Part shown: piece by piece, positions 12,649-25,130 of the stretch | Layout: every line of letters begins with the position of its first letter | How positions within the stretch are numbered: the stretch's first letter is position 1 | Assembly (NCBI RefSeq): GCF_006345805.1 | Contig: NC_043003.1 | Span: forward strand, 62,248,001-62,312,000 | From: Octopus sinensis | Taxonomy: Eukaryota | Direction: 5' to 3' | DNA: 64,000 bases | The notes under the pieces: generated by a model | Told to the model about the DNA's origin: nothing | What the model saw: only the letters and a program-made list of their open reading frames with translations | Databases searched by the model: none | Position numbers and translations under genes: made by a program

Positions 12649-13131
12649 ACACATGCAGGTCTGTTATATTTTAGATATTTTCTTCAGATTTTGAAATATT
12701 TTGATATTGCTGATTAAAGTTAAAATACTGGCATTAGAAATCTACAAACTCTTGAAGGGCTTTTATTGTTTACTTCTTCAACTCTAATTTCAGCTCGCTA
12801 GCATTAACATCGCATGACATCAACACTCAATACTGCAGTTTAACATATTATTCATTTGTTCATTCATTCACTTATTCCTCTGACGGATATCATTGTTGCA
12901 AAAGGTTGTAGCCTACTTCTGTCCTTGCTTCTAGAAATAACAACTAATGTTTACATTGCAATTGAAAAATCATTATGTTAAGAAAGCACCTAATGTTATA
13001 ATTTTTACCTGTATTGCATAGATCATACTGCATTCATAAGAAATGTTCTCATAAACACCACTGAAGCTCTTCAACCCAGATAACCACAACTAATTAGAGT
13101 TTTATTTTGGGATCTCTGGTTAGCATTAATA

Positions 13132-14115
13132 TCTATAAAGCTGTAATGCGAAAAATTTGTTTGTTTCATTTTGGGATGGGGTCGGATTGGCTCCCAAATT
13201 TACAGGGACATGTAAAAAGAGGCAAGGAAGTGACTGGACTAGGTTAGAAACCTCTATCTCAAAAGCTGTGGTTACTAGGGTAACAAAACCCAGACTTTGA
13301 CAAGTGTTTCTCGTTTCTCTCTTTCGGATATCCCCCTGTCTTCCTCGATCTCTCTCTCTTTCCTTCCTTCCTTCCACTTTTCATCAGTATCTATAAAGCT
13401 GACATGTGAAAAAGTTGTTTGATTTCTTGGTTGTTTGCCTCATTTTGGGATGGGAACGGTTTAAGGGGCAGTAGATGGGGTCGGATTGGCACCAAAATTT
13501 ACCCTGGGGGTAAAATGGGGTGGGCAATGGTGTGAGGATGGAGGCAAGTCGCTCAGGACTACTGTTTGGTTGCCATGGTGAGGAATATGGGAAAAATTGA
13601 GTTTTATGGGATAAACAGGTTGCACTGTTTGAATAATGGTGGCTTTTCGTGTTGCTGCAGGGGCTAGAGGCGGTTATCTTTAATTGTGGGTGTAAAAATT
13701 TGGGGGATTTTGGAAAGGGGGGTAAAATTTTTCAACTTTTAAAAAGAGTACATTTTTACCCTATTTTTAGATTTAATTTTTTCTGTTTGTATTATTTGGT
13801 TGACATGAGTTAAAATGGCATTGTGTTAAAGGCCAAAATTTTAGCTTTCATTTGCATCATGAACTGTCAAAATATACCAGAAAAAGTATCAAATTTCACA
13901 AATTTTTTTAGTAATTTTGAATTATTTTTGTGATTTTACGTGCACGCGTAAGAGAAAGCGAGGGAGAGTCCGAGAAAAAGGAAGCATAAGAGAGTGGGAA
14001 AGTGAGAGAGAAAGGAGAGAGAAACAAAGAATGTGGTGATAAGAAACAGAAAAGAAGTAACAGAAAGTAACAACCACACCCTCACCGGTGCATAGAACGG
14101 GTCACCTTAAGCTAG
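13132..14115 (+). mobile_element. Non-autonomous Helitron with duplicated 5' end
   Basis: A|TCtataaagctg start (repeated at 13390), subterminal hairpin accggtgcatagaacgggt, CTAG|T end, no TSD. Confidence 0.75.
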
Positions 14116-14164
14116 TCTTTTTATAAGAGTAAAAACATGTATAAGGGAGTATGTAAGTTACTTT

Positions 14165-14578
14165 CTATCTTTTACTTGTTTCAGTCATTAGATTGCAGTC
14201 ATGCTGGAGCACCACCTTGAAGAAATTTTAGTCAAATTTATTGACTCCAGTACTTATTCTTTTTAAGTCTGGTACTTATTCTATTGGTCTGTTTTTCTGA
14301 ATTGCTAAGTTATGGTGATGTAAACACACCAACACCATTTTTCAAGTGGTAGGGGTAGGACAAACACTGACACAAAGACACATACAGATATATATATGTG
14401 TATATATATATATACATACACATTGGCTTCTTTCAATTTTTGTCTACCAAATCCACTCACAATGTTGACCTATGACTATTGTAGAAAACATCTGCTCAAT
14501 GTGCCATGCAGTAGACTGAACCTGGAACCATGTTATTGGTAATCATACTTCTTACCGAACACCTATACCTGCACCTAT
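14165..14578 (-). mobile_element. SINE family A, full length
   Basis: ttttacttgtttcagtcatt...catgctggagcaccacc...(TA)n...ctaccaaatccactcacaa...cttcttacc. Confidence 0.88.
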
Positions 14579-15039
14579 ATCTTTATCATTTGTTGATATT
14601 GCTATCGTGAACTTAACATGTGGAAATGGTAGATGCCATTATGCAGTTGGTTAAACATGTTTCTCTAGATTTGGAGTTGGGTCAAAATATCCCAACTTGC
14701 TTGCAGCAGAGAAAAGTAATTTAGGCTCTTTGTATTAAACAAAGAAGCTTCTTTTATCATTTGTTGAATTATTATTTGAAAATACTTTTGAATGATTAAA
14801 ACATAGCTGTAAACAAATTGTTGTGATTTTATTGTTTACTGACATCTATAAAATATGGAAAGAAATATTCACATTACAATGACTCAGCATAATATGGAAT
14901 GCAGAGCACGATTTGCATGCCTAGAATACACGACTGAAATAAATATATAGATACATACACACAGATGCACTCACAAGTGTTTGTATATATATGCGAATGT
15001 ACGCGCAAATACATTTGAAGTACATATGTATATGTGTAA

Positions 15040-15230
15040 GTATGTATGTATCTATCTATATAGCTAGCTATTTGTCTGTCTGTCTGTCTACCTATCTAAC
15101 TATCTAGGTAACTAGCTTGCTTTCTGATTCCATCCATCTATCTATCTATCTATCTGTCTATCTATCTATCTATCTGTCTATCTATCTATCTATCTGTCTA
15201 TCTCTCTTTCTCTGTCTCTCTATCTATCTT

Positions 15231-15289
<59 letters not shown>

Positions 15290-15320
15290 CTCTGTCTGTC
15301 TGTCTCTCTCGCTCTCGCTC

Positions 15321-15373
<53 letters not shown>

Positions 15374-15446
15374 GTCTGTCTGTCTATCTATGCAGCTATC
15401 AATCAGCTGTCTTTCTTTCTATTGTTTTCTACACACTGGTACGCAT

Positions 15447-15496
<50 letters not shown>

Positions 15497-15499
15497 ACA
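15040..15499. repeat. Compound microsatellite (TCTA/TCTG)n(TC)n(CA)n
   Basis: Read directly; explains the 128-aa ORF. Confidence 0.95.
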
Positions 15500-15739
15500 A
15501 TAAATCTACAAGATTAAAGAGAAGGAAAAATTTGTGAGGTTATTTTAATTTCCACCTGTCTCTTGCAATTTTGTTTTTCATCTTTTTTTCGTTTTTTATT
15601 CAATTCTATTTTCTCCATCTTTCCTAGTTTTTATGAACACATATTTCTGTGCTATCATGGGTTGGAAGAGTCTCAGTCTTTTATAACATGTTGTTATCAC
15701 AATACTTAGTCAACCCATACATGGAGCTTTGCATCTTGG

Positions 15740-16170
15740 AACATGACATCATTGCTCCTTTCCACATCCTTCTTGATTTCCTTCTTTTAACATGAATACC
15801 TTTAATCCCTTCTCTCTCATTTGTGCTCTGCTTTTCATACAGGTTAACATTACACAGCTAACAGATCACACTCTTCTCATTTTTCTTCAACCTTGGTATA
15901 TCTATTTGATGCCCTTGTCTCACTAATGTTTATTACAGATTCAGTATGTTGTCTGTCTTTTGAATGGAGAAAGAAACTACCTGTTGCCAATAGAAATAAT
16001 AGCTTTCTGAATGTCCCTTTCCTTCCTCTTGCAACTATGTTTCCATTATAGTTAGCTGTTGCAGAATGTAGATCACCTAGGTAACAGAAATAATTAACTG
16101 CATCTGGTGAGCCACTGGAGCATTTCACATACTGCATTTCATAAGAGCTACTACTACTAACTACATTTCT
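15740..16170 (-). mobile_element. RTE-clade LINE ORF2 remnant (post-RT region)
   Basis: DAVNYFCYLGDL...IVARGRKGTFRKLLFLLAT ~ RTE VDSFCYLGD..ARIRxxWxKFRELLPLL. Confidence 0.8.
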
Positions 16171-16379
16171 GTGTTTACACATAGTGACATGATGTGAAAG
16201 TCTCTACATGATTGCTCTGCATGCCAGAAATAGCACCATCTTACACTCAAATCAGAGTCTGCTCCCTTTTGAAACAAAGAATACAGAAGGCAGTATAGAG
16301 CTAATATAGAAAAAAATTAAATGGTCATGGCTGGAATACATTTGCTGTTTGGTCTACTTCTCCACAGATGACCTGCTGT

Positions 16380-16600
16380 GCCACATAAAAAGCAATGGTG
16401 ATGATGCCACATAAAAAGCACCAAGTACACTCTGTAAAGTAGTTGGCATAAGGAAGGATATCTAGCTGTAGAAACTAAGCCAAGACAGATTATGGAACCT
16501 GGTGTGGCCCCTGGTCCTGCTAGCTCTTGTCAAGTTGTTCAGCCCATGTCAGCATGTAAAACAGATATTAAATGATGATGATGATGATGATGGTGATGAT
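16380..16600 (+). mobile_element. RTE 3'-tail fragment
   Basis: gccacataaaaagca twice, ggcataaggaaggatatctagctgtagaaac, (GAT)n tail. Confidence 0.8.
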
Positions 16601-16924
16601 GAACTAAGCAGGATAGCCCTATACAAATGCAATCAAACCTAATGAGTGTTAAAGAGAGGCTTTAAGCCTGTGTACACTGCAAGTAATGGGTAATAATAAG
16701 GTTACTCAGTTATGAAATATCTACTAATTACTCCAACAACTGTTCATAGAATTGTTATCACCAACGTTATAAAGAGGGTTCATACCTGCAGAGTTGGCAC
16801 TGTACATACTATGCATGAGAAGAGTCTTGTCACATGTGTGAAACTCTAAAGCATCATGGAGAAACCACCTGAAGAAGTGATAATATCCTTCTTTTAAGGT
16901 TCTTAATTTCAGGTCTGTCAATAC

Positions 16925-17040
16925 AAGTGTAAGAGAATAGTTGAAATGTTAGAGTGAGGACTATTTGAAGTGAGTGCTGTACAAGAAATGAAATGGAGAG
17001 AGGTTTCAACTAGATTCCTGAAAGGCAAGGAATACTGCAG
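16925..17040 (+). mobile_element. RTE APE-endonuclease N-terminal fragment
   Basis: IVEMLE*GLFEVSAVQEMKWREVSTRFLKGK ~ IVEMLERRxVDxCCxQExRWRGxSARxLxGK. Confidence 0.6.
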
Positions 17041-17314
17041 AAACACTAGCTGTGAAATGGTCATTTTTATCAGCAAAAAGCTTTAAGCAAAATGAACTTG
17101 TATTTATTGCAAATGATTATCTTCTAGTTTTCAAATAAGATATCCCTTAGTGCATTTGAACCATAAGTAGTTTCTGCAACTCTCAGCATCTTGGAAGGGA
17201 GAGCTAGGTGATTCTTGATTAATCACAGCAACACCAAAATGATTTAATTCTCATAACAAACTACCAAAAGCCTTGTAGTCTCACTGCTGGAACAAATTCC
17301 ACAACAGCACCAAA

Positions 17315-17478
17315 TATTTATTTCTTTATTGCCCACAGGGGGCTAAACATACAGGGGACAAACAAGGACAGACAAAAGGATTAAGTCGATTACATTGACC
17401 CCAGTACATAACTGGTACTTATTTAATTGAACCTGAAAGGCTAAGTCGATCTCAGCAGAGATTGAACTCGGAGCTTAA
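17315..17478 (-). mobile_element. SINE family B, 3' part
   Basis: tatttctttattgcccacagggggctaaacat...ggacaaacaaggacagacaaa is the reverse complement of the tail of the 34243 copy. Confidence 0.85.
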
Positions 17479-18149
17479 ATTGTCACATGGTAACATGTAA
17501 TTCTGGGCAGCTTGTTACATGGTCAGGTCATCAGCTACTAAACTGACACATCCACTAGGCTGACTTTATGGAGAGGGTTGCTAGAAACTTGGCAGGTTAA
17601 ACCAAATCATGTCAAAAGGTTGAATGAATCCAGCATACACTCAGTGTCTATCTTGCAAGAGCATATAGCGACATGTAAGTACTTGATATGGTGAACAAAT
17701 GCACTGTAAGTCCTCTTTAGGAGTAATGAACCCTTAGATCTTGTCAGAACATTTGTCTTGGAATAGAATCCCCTGAGAGGATAATTTTGTATTTGTTTCT
17801 TCTACTGTAAATAATTTCCTGTAGAGTAACTTCTTAGAACAACAAAGGGACAATGAACCTTTAAAAGTGATCATTGTCATTTCGGTATCATGCATGTCTG
17901 TTGCAACTTTGAGGTGTTTTAGCTATGATGAAATTACTAATTAACATACTTCAAGCACCTTAGAGCTTTGTGGTCCAGTAATGGGGTCTAAATTCACTGT
18001 AAAACAAAATATATATTAATACATGTGTAAAATTGGTGCTTTGAACAGAAGTACAATATATGTAGGTATTGTGTTATCAATTTTGCATTGAAAGAACTAA
18101 ATCTTTAAAGTATCAATAAACGTTATAAATTGTTACTTCTGGTCCAGAT

Positions 18150-19140
18150 GTATTCTAGGATACCTTAGTTGAAAACTAGTTGACAGCCATTGGTAATAAA
18201 CACAACATATTTGGGTTTTTTTAATACCTTGTTTGCTGAATAAAATCATTAATTCATGGTTATTGTTTCCCATTACAATTTACTCAGCTGAAACTTGGAA
18301 ATGCAACAAAAACTATAACAAAGGGAAAAAATATCAGATGTCAATTATGGCCAAGCTTTGACAAATTCCTAAAAATAAAGAACTCATCGAAATATCTATG
18401 GAAAAGCTTTGTGAGAAATGCTGAGCTGTTTATTGCTACTAAAGACATATATCTTCAAATATCTATTCAAAAATGTTTGTAAGTTTTGTGAAGTGATAAC
18501 TATAGTTGTACATGGTATCACCAGTTTGGTTTAAGTAATTTTATTATGTTAATTAGACCCACAAGAAAGTGAACTCAACTAATAAAGCATTATGTGATTT
18601 TGTTGATATCCTAAGAATACAAACTGAGAAAGCAATAAGGTTCTTAAAGAGAAAATAAACTGCAATAAATCAATGGTAAACAATTTCAATAAAAATACTA
18701 GTTGTGAATGTCATAAGCTGTTGGAATACGACCAACCAAATATTGAAGTGTTGGTAACCTTGTCCATACTGCTAATATTGGCAAACATTGAAAATTTTAC
18801 AAATGGTAAAAATGTTTGTAAATGTGTTACTGAACCACCTCCTCATCAATATGAACCACAACACAGCTTCACTGTTGGATACAACTACTTTAAGATATTT
18901 CTACAGCTTTGGTTTGGGATACTAGAACCCTGCAAGCATGCTACAGACTTTAACTTCTTCTGAATGCATTTGATTTGTGTCTACATTGTATAACTACACA
19001 TAATTTTGAGAAGTTGAAAAGGATTATGAAATAAGAAAAAAAGGTACATTTACAGTAAGAGTCACGATAATTTTTTGCTTTATTTGTTCTTGTACAACTA
19101 CAATTGGTATATATACTTTGTTCTGACACTTATGCCATAC
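18150..19140 (+). mobile_element. Highly decayed probable Tc1-like element; its 5' region recurs at ~20595-20720
   Basis: taggata-cttagttgaaaact...acagccatt shared between 18156 and 20597; only weak transposase echoes. Confidence 0.3.
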
Positions 19141-20287
19141 ATACATACATGCTGTAAATATTTATAAAGTTTTAAGATTTTGAATTTATGCATTTTTTTT
19201 TTGTAGTTCTTTCATGTTTTGTTTAAAGTTATTTTAATGCTTCTAGAAATATTTCTCATATCAAATTTCCATGTCATGAACTTTTCAGACTTCAAATTCA
19301 TATCCATTTCATGAAGGTGAAGATTGCAATTTTTATTATTTTTATTTTTGACACTATGTTTACAACCTGAATAAGAACACATTGACCTTGTGTTAATGGA
19401 AGAGGAGTCCCCACCTCACTGCACAACCCAGTTCTGGAAGAAAGTTACCATGGCAAAACGTTGCCAAGGTATTTTAGTAACGTGACTAAAGGATAAAGTC
19501 AGAAGCTGAGAGAGCCTGAATGTTAGAGAACAAGATAAGATTAAAAGCAGGAGCAAAAATAAAAAATTAAATCCAAAATAAACGAAGTAAGATAGCACTA
19601 GATTCACTTTCTGAGGTGACAGGAAAATATTTTCTATCACTGCTGTATTGCCTTCTCTTTATTATGCTTGAAGTGAAATTTATTCCAAATCAATCAAGTA
19701 TAGAATTAAAAGCAAACTGTCAAATTAAAGTGGGTTTTTTTTTCCTATTTTATTTATAACCCAAGTTTTACTAGATCCTGTATATGTATATACATATTCC
19801 TTGAAATTCTGATGAAAGTCTTATAGCTTGTCTAAAATGTATGATATTTTAACCAAGCATGTTTTCTGTCTGCTCTCCAGAATGGAGACACTCATTTCTC
19901 CATTCTGGTGAAGCAAATGAAACAGGCTAGAGATTCAAGTAATTCTTTGGATTGAGTAGCTTAAGCCATATAGTTAGCATTGGCAGTAGAGTATAACATT
20001 ATGGAGTTAGACTCTTCCATTGTAGATTAACATAAGTGCATCAAGCTTCACAACTATCACAACTGATGTCTTCTCCAAGCACAATTGACATCTACGAGTG
20101 CAACTGGTTTTTCTGTAAGCAGAGCAAACATCAATAACAACTGCAGGCTTTTATGAATGGAACTTAGGGCTTCTATGACAATTATAGCTTACTTTTATGA
20201 ATGAAAAGTTAAGCTTGTATCATTGCTGTTGTGAAAGTTTTGACATGTATTATGTGACTCAGGCTGAACCATGGTTTTAAGTGAGGC

Positions 20288-20401
20288 TAGGAATTCACTG
20301 ACAGTGCTAAACTAGGAAGTTGAACAATCGATTGAACAAATATATAGGAATTCACTGACAGTGCTAAACTAGGAAGTTGAACAATCGATTGAACAAATAT
20401 A
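20288..20401 (+). repeat. Perfect 57-bp tandem duplication
   Basis: taggaattcactgacagtgctaaactaggaagttgaacaatcgattgaacaaatata twice. Confidence 0.97.
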
Positions 20402-21676
20402 TTCTAAGCCCATTACAGTCTTGACTCTGTTATAGCAAAATGAATTAATTTTTCTTGATATTTCTTGTTTATTTTTCTATTTTAACACTACACGGTAGCA
20501 AGTCTCTAAAACACCAGTGTATGCAGCCCTAGAAAGTCTAAATGTTTAAAGTACAATTAAATGTTTTAAATTGCTAATTGCAGTTCAGTTGCATCATAGG
20601 ATACATTAGTTGAAAACTGCCAAACAGCCATTTATAATATTATGTATACACTTCGATCAGTAATACTGATGTTGAGTATTTCAGCCAAACAAAATGATTG
20701 ATTCATGGGTACAGTCTCTTGTTATGATAGTCACATGCTTACACAAGAAAAGATAAAGTTAGCTATTCAATAAATAGAAATAGAAAATCTATAAAATAAG
20801 TGCCAGTCTAAATATTAACACTGTTATAATGTCTAAAAACCTTGAGATAGTGTACTAGTATGGCTGCATTCCAATGACTGAAACCAATGTATAAATGAAA
20901 GTGTGTGTGTGTGTGCATGCATGTAAGCATGGTTCTGTGGTTAACAAGGGAACTTCTTAATCCTATGGCTTCAGGTTCAGTCTACCATGTAACATCTTGG
21001 TTTTCTGTCTTCTACTATAGCCGTATGTCAACCAATGCCTTGTCAGTAAATTTGTTAAATGGAAATTCAAGGAAGAATATTTGTTTACATTTTATGGTAA
21101 GGTTTATCATTTAATAATTGCTGGCATAACTACATTAAACTTCAGATTATCCTTATATACTGTATCTGAAAACTAAATCCTGTATCTGGAAACTAAAATC
21201 TGAAAGTATTTTCAGTGAGAGAAATACCACAAATGAAAAGTCTCAGAATGGATATGAAAGGTTCCTGGACAATGTATAACTATTGTGAGCCATATATTGT
21301 CTGCTAGCTATTGGGGCTGATCTCACCTGCCTTGTGTTGATCTCACTAAGTCTATGTTAATTGGTGCCAGTTTATTGCCAGTAGTCATCATTGCAACATT
21401 CATTCATGTGCATTAATAACCATGTTTTGTGCCTGATACTGTTAAAAATGTCAAAAACGACCAGAAATATCCCAGTGGGTAATAGTGAAAATTAAAGAGG
21501 TAAAAGTTATACTTATCAATTCCTTAGCTAGCTAGCAGGTGGAAAACTTGACAGCAGTGAAAAATTCGACAACATCTAACTGGTGTTTTGAATTGGAACA
21601 GCCATTATAAGTGACCCTAAAAAACAGATGGACAAATTTGAATTCCTGTGCTGAAAGTAATCAACAGAAATCGACA

Positions 21677-21719
<43 letters not shown>

Positions 21720-21983
21720 AATATTCTGTAATTATATACATAATTATAATCAGGGGTCAGCTAATTGCTTCACCATGCACTCTAAAGATCTCTGAGACAG
21801 TAACACACTTTTTTACGTAGGCAAAAAGAAGAAATAATGAATCCACTTGACTCAGATTAGCTACTTATGCATTTCAAGATTAAAGTAAAAGTTATATTTA
21901 CTAACTTATTTCTCATCTTCAGTGCAGCATTAATTAATTGATTGATTAATTAATTAATTTTACCCTTTCATTGTTATTATTAA

Positions 21984-22014
<31 letters not shown>

Positions 22015-22017
22015 TTA

Positions 22018-22212
22018 ATGGGGAGGCTGGTTTATGAATTTTAAAGAGGTCTTAGGGCAAGAGGTTTTGAGGTCTGACAATACACCATAAAGCTAAACCC
22101 TTTATGGACAGGAAACCCAGCGTAATCGCATAAACCACTCTCCCGCATTAAAATGTACACTGCTCTACATCTTAGAGTCTGCTTTCCTGGATTTATGTTT
22201 TCTACAAATGAT
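22018..22212 (+). mobile_element. Monomeric hammerhead-bearing element related to 241-568
   Basis: gaggt-CTGACAA-taca[ccataaag ctaaacc ctttatgg]acag-GAAAC-ccagc-GTA-atcgc at 22069-22129; shares gctaaacc(c)tttatgg and actgctcta..agagt..gctt with the 241-568 arms; lies between (ATT)n/(TA)n and (TA)n. Confidence 0.7.
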
Positions 22213-22301
22213 ATATATATATATATATATATATAGGTGTGTATCCGTGTGAGTGTGTGTACGTATGCATATGTGTATGTGTGTGAATATATATATATAT
22301 A

Positions 22302-23225
22302 TCATCATCATCATAATCGTTTAACGTCCGCTTTCCATGCTAGCATAGGTTGGACGATTTGACTGAGAACTAGCAAACCAGATAGCTGCACCAGGCTCCA
22401 ATCTGATCTTGCTGAGTTTCTACAGCTGGATGCCTTTCCTAATGCCAACTGCTCTAAGGGTGTAGTGGGTGCTTTTACATGCCACCAGCACGAAGGCCAG
22501 TCTGGTGGTACTGGCAACCACCATGCTCAAATGGTGTTTTTTTCGTGTCACTTGCACAGAAGTCAGTCCAGTGGCACTGGCAACAATCTCGCTCGAATGT
22601 TTTGTTCACATGCCAGTAAAATGACGCTGGTAACGATCACGTTCAAATGGTGCTTTTTATGTGCCACCAGGATGCAAGCCAGACGGCTTCTCTAGCACTG
22701 ATCCCACTTGGATGGATCTGTTAGCACTCCACTGGCACGGGTGTGAGTCATCGAATTTGGTTCAATTTTGATTTCACTTGCCCCAACTGGTCTTTGCAAG
22801 CAGAGTTTAGTGTCCAATGAAGGAAGGTTGGCGTGGATGCCAGTTGTCGAATTTGGTTCGCTTTTGATTTCACTTGCCTCAACAGGTCTTTGCAAGCAGA
22901 GTTTTGTGTCCAAAGAAGGAAAGGTACGCATAAGTGGGCTGGCTACACCAGTGGTAAAGGCCATGGGTTATGGTCTCACTTGTCTTGGTCACTAGTCATT
23001 GCCTTGGTGCAGCCTAATGTTCGAAGGTTGTGCTTCACCACCTCATCCCAGGTCTTCCTGGGTCTACCTCTTCCACAGGTTCCCTCAACCGCTAGGGTGT
23101 GGCACTTTTTCACACAGCTATCCTCATCCATTCTCACCACATGACCATACCAGCACAATCATCTCTCTTGCACACCACAACTGATGCTTCTTAGGTCCAA
23201 CTTTTCTCTCAAGGTACTTACACTC

Positions 23226-23230
<5 letters not shown>
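22302..23230 (-). mobile_element. 5'-truncated RTE LINE (end of ORF2, 3' UTR, (GAT)n tail)
   Basis: LREKLDLRSISCGVQER.LCWYGHVVRMDEDSCVKKCHTLAVEGTCGRGRPRKTWDEVV; (TA)n on both sides; 96-bp-period duplication at 22751/22847. Confidence 0.92.
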
Positions 23231-23270
<40 letters not shown>

Positions 23271-23426
23271 GCATATGTGTATATATATACACATGCATAT
23301 GTGTATATAGCAGGCTTCTTAAACTTTTTGCCTTTTACATGCAGACACATGAACACATGTGTACACACATACACATATACATACACACACACACAAACTC
23401 ACATACACACACACACACACACACAT

Positions 23427-23457
<31 letters not shown>

Positions 23458-23539
23458 CACAGAGGAAAAAAATGAATATTTTTGATGTAGGTTGAGTGAG
23501 TAGATGCATTTGAGTTAGAATGAATATATTGTACTCAAT

Positions 23540-25130
23540 GAGCTGATTGATCCTGAAACAAGAAAGAATCTGTCAAAATGAACTGAATATTAAAAGTAAC
23601 TGTGAATATTCAGAAAGTTTATTACAGCAATTAAAGAAAAGGCACCGCATTAAATATTTACAGGGTGGCAGTGGTAAGGTGTTTAATAATCATAAAGCAG
23701 CAAAGAAATTTATTGATATGCTTTGCAAAGATTGCTGCCCATCAAAATTTAACTGTAAAACAAGTGTATAATGCTAGTGAAATGTTGTTATTCTGCTCCT
23801 TAAAAAATACTTACAACAGTCAATGAAGATGTGAAGGACAGATTAACTATACAAAGCTTTGCTAATACAGCTGCAAACCATAAATATAAAAGTCTCTGAT
23901 AGTCAAAAGCCAAGCATGCTTGCTGTTTTAAAGAGATGAAAATGTTACCAGTGCATTGTTATATCAACAAAGGGGTATGGATCACCAAGGGTATCTGACT
24001 GCTAAGAAAACTTTTTATATCAGCAGTTTATGTCCACTGCAAGGAACACGGACTTGATGCCAGGAACAAGTTTATATCTCTGGATAACTGTTTTGTGCAT
24101 TATTTAGTTGAGCTTACTTTGAAAATTCATGTTTATGCAAATAACTTGCCCCAAATATGATATCATTAATTCAGCCATGTGCATGGCTCAGTGGTTAGAG
24201 TGTCGAGCTTATGATTGTGAGGTTCTGAGGTAGAATTCCGGACCTGGATGCGTGTTGTGCTCTTGAGCAAGACACTTTATTTCACATTGTTCCAGTTCAC
24301 TCAGCTGTAGAAATGAGTTGTGACGTCACAAATGCCAAGCTGAATCAGCCTTTGCCTTTCCCTTGGATGACACTGGTAGTGTGCAGAGGGGAGGCCTGTA
24401 TGCATAGGCGACTGCTGGTCTTCCATAAACAACCTTGCCTGGACTTGTGCCTGGGAGGGTAACTTTCTGGGTGCAATCCCATGGTCAGTCATGACCGAAG
24501 GGGGTCTCAGCAATTCAGCCATGTAACTAAGTCATCCTTAGATTATTGATGCCTAAGTATAAAGACAACTTTTAAAAGGAAGGATTCTAAAAGCAGTTTA
24601 CTATGAAGGATGCTGTTTATGCAGTTTCCACTGCATACGGCCTAGTAACTAAAGACATCTTTGTACATGTCTGTCACAACCTCTTGTTCGCAACTATGTT
24701 CAGTAATGATGATGGGCAGAGGCATGGGTTTGAAAGATACTCACACAGCTTGGGCATTTCTGACACATATTACATGAAATAAGAGAACTGTTAGATTTTA
24801 GACACAAAAATGTATACCAACCAACTTGAACAGTAAACTTGTAGAAGTGGATAGTGAAGAAAATGGTACATCAATAATGATCTTCCATTTGTGTATTTCA
24901 TGACTGATAGTAAGATAGCTTAAATGGGTCTTAATGAAAATAATCTAAATGATAATGAAAATACAATTGTTAACACAGAAAAAGTATTTATAGATAACAT
25001 GGTGAAAGTGGGTGATTAACTTATCAAAGAATGAAGCAACATATATTTATCACAGAACAAGAAATCATTGTAGTGTGACTACTCCAACAAAAACACATGC
25101 TAATAAAGTAGATACCAATTGAGGGACTTT
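23540..25130 (+). mobile_element. Decayed Tigger/pogo (CENP-B-like DDE) transposase, split by a SINE
   Basis: LKKRHRIKYL..NHKAAKKFID, QVYNASE, KDRLTIQSFANTA..HK, LPVHCYINKGVWIT, LDNC, PNMISLIQPC. Confidence 0.85.
24181..24511 (+). mobile_element. tRNA-derived CORE-like SINE (family C2) with 13-bp TSD
   Basis: tggctcagtgg A box, cttgagcaagacactttatttcac core; TSD aattcagccatgt at 24168-24180 and 24512-24524. Confidence 0.92.

Noticed and set aside
15117-15503. 128-aa ORF
   Set aside because: Microsatellite read-through
19806-19845. ttCTGATGAaagtctt.. possible hammerhead
   Set aside because: No proper GAAA box or consistent stems; a similar weak match near 39438 was also dropped
23540-25130. 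Domesticated TIGD/CENP-B-like host gene
   Set aside because: Multiple stops, frameshifts and a SINE insertion at the catalytic motif
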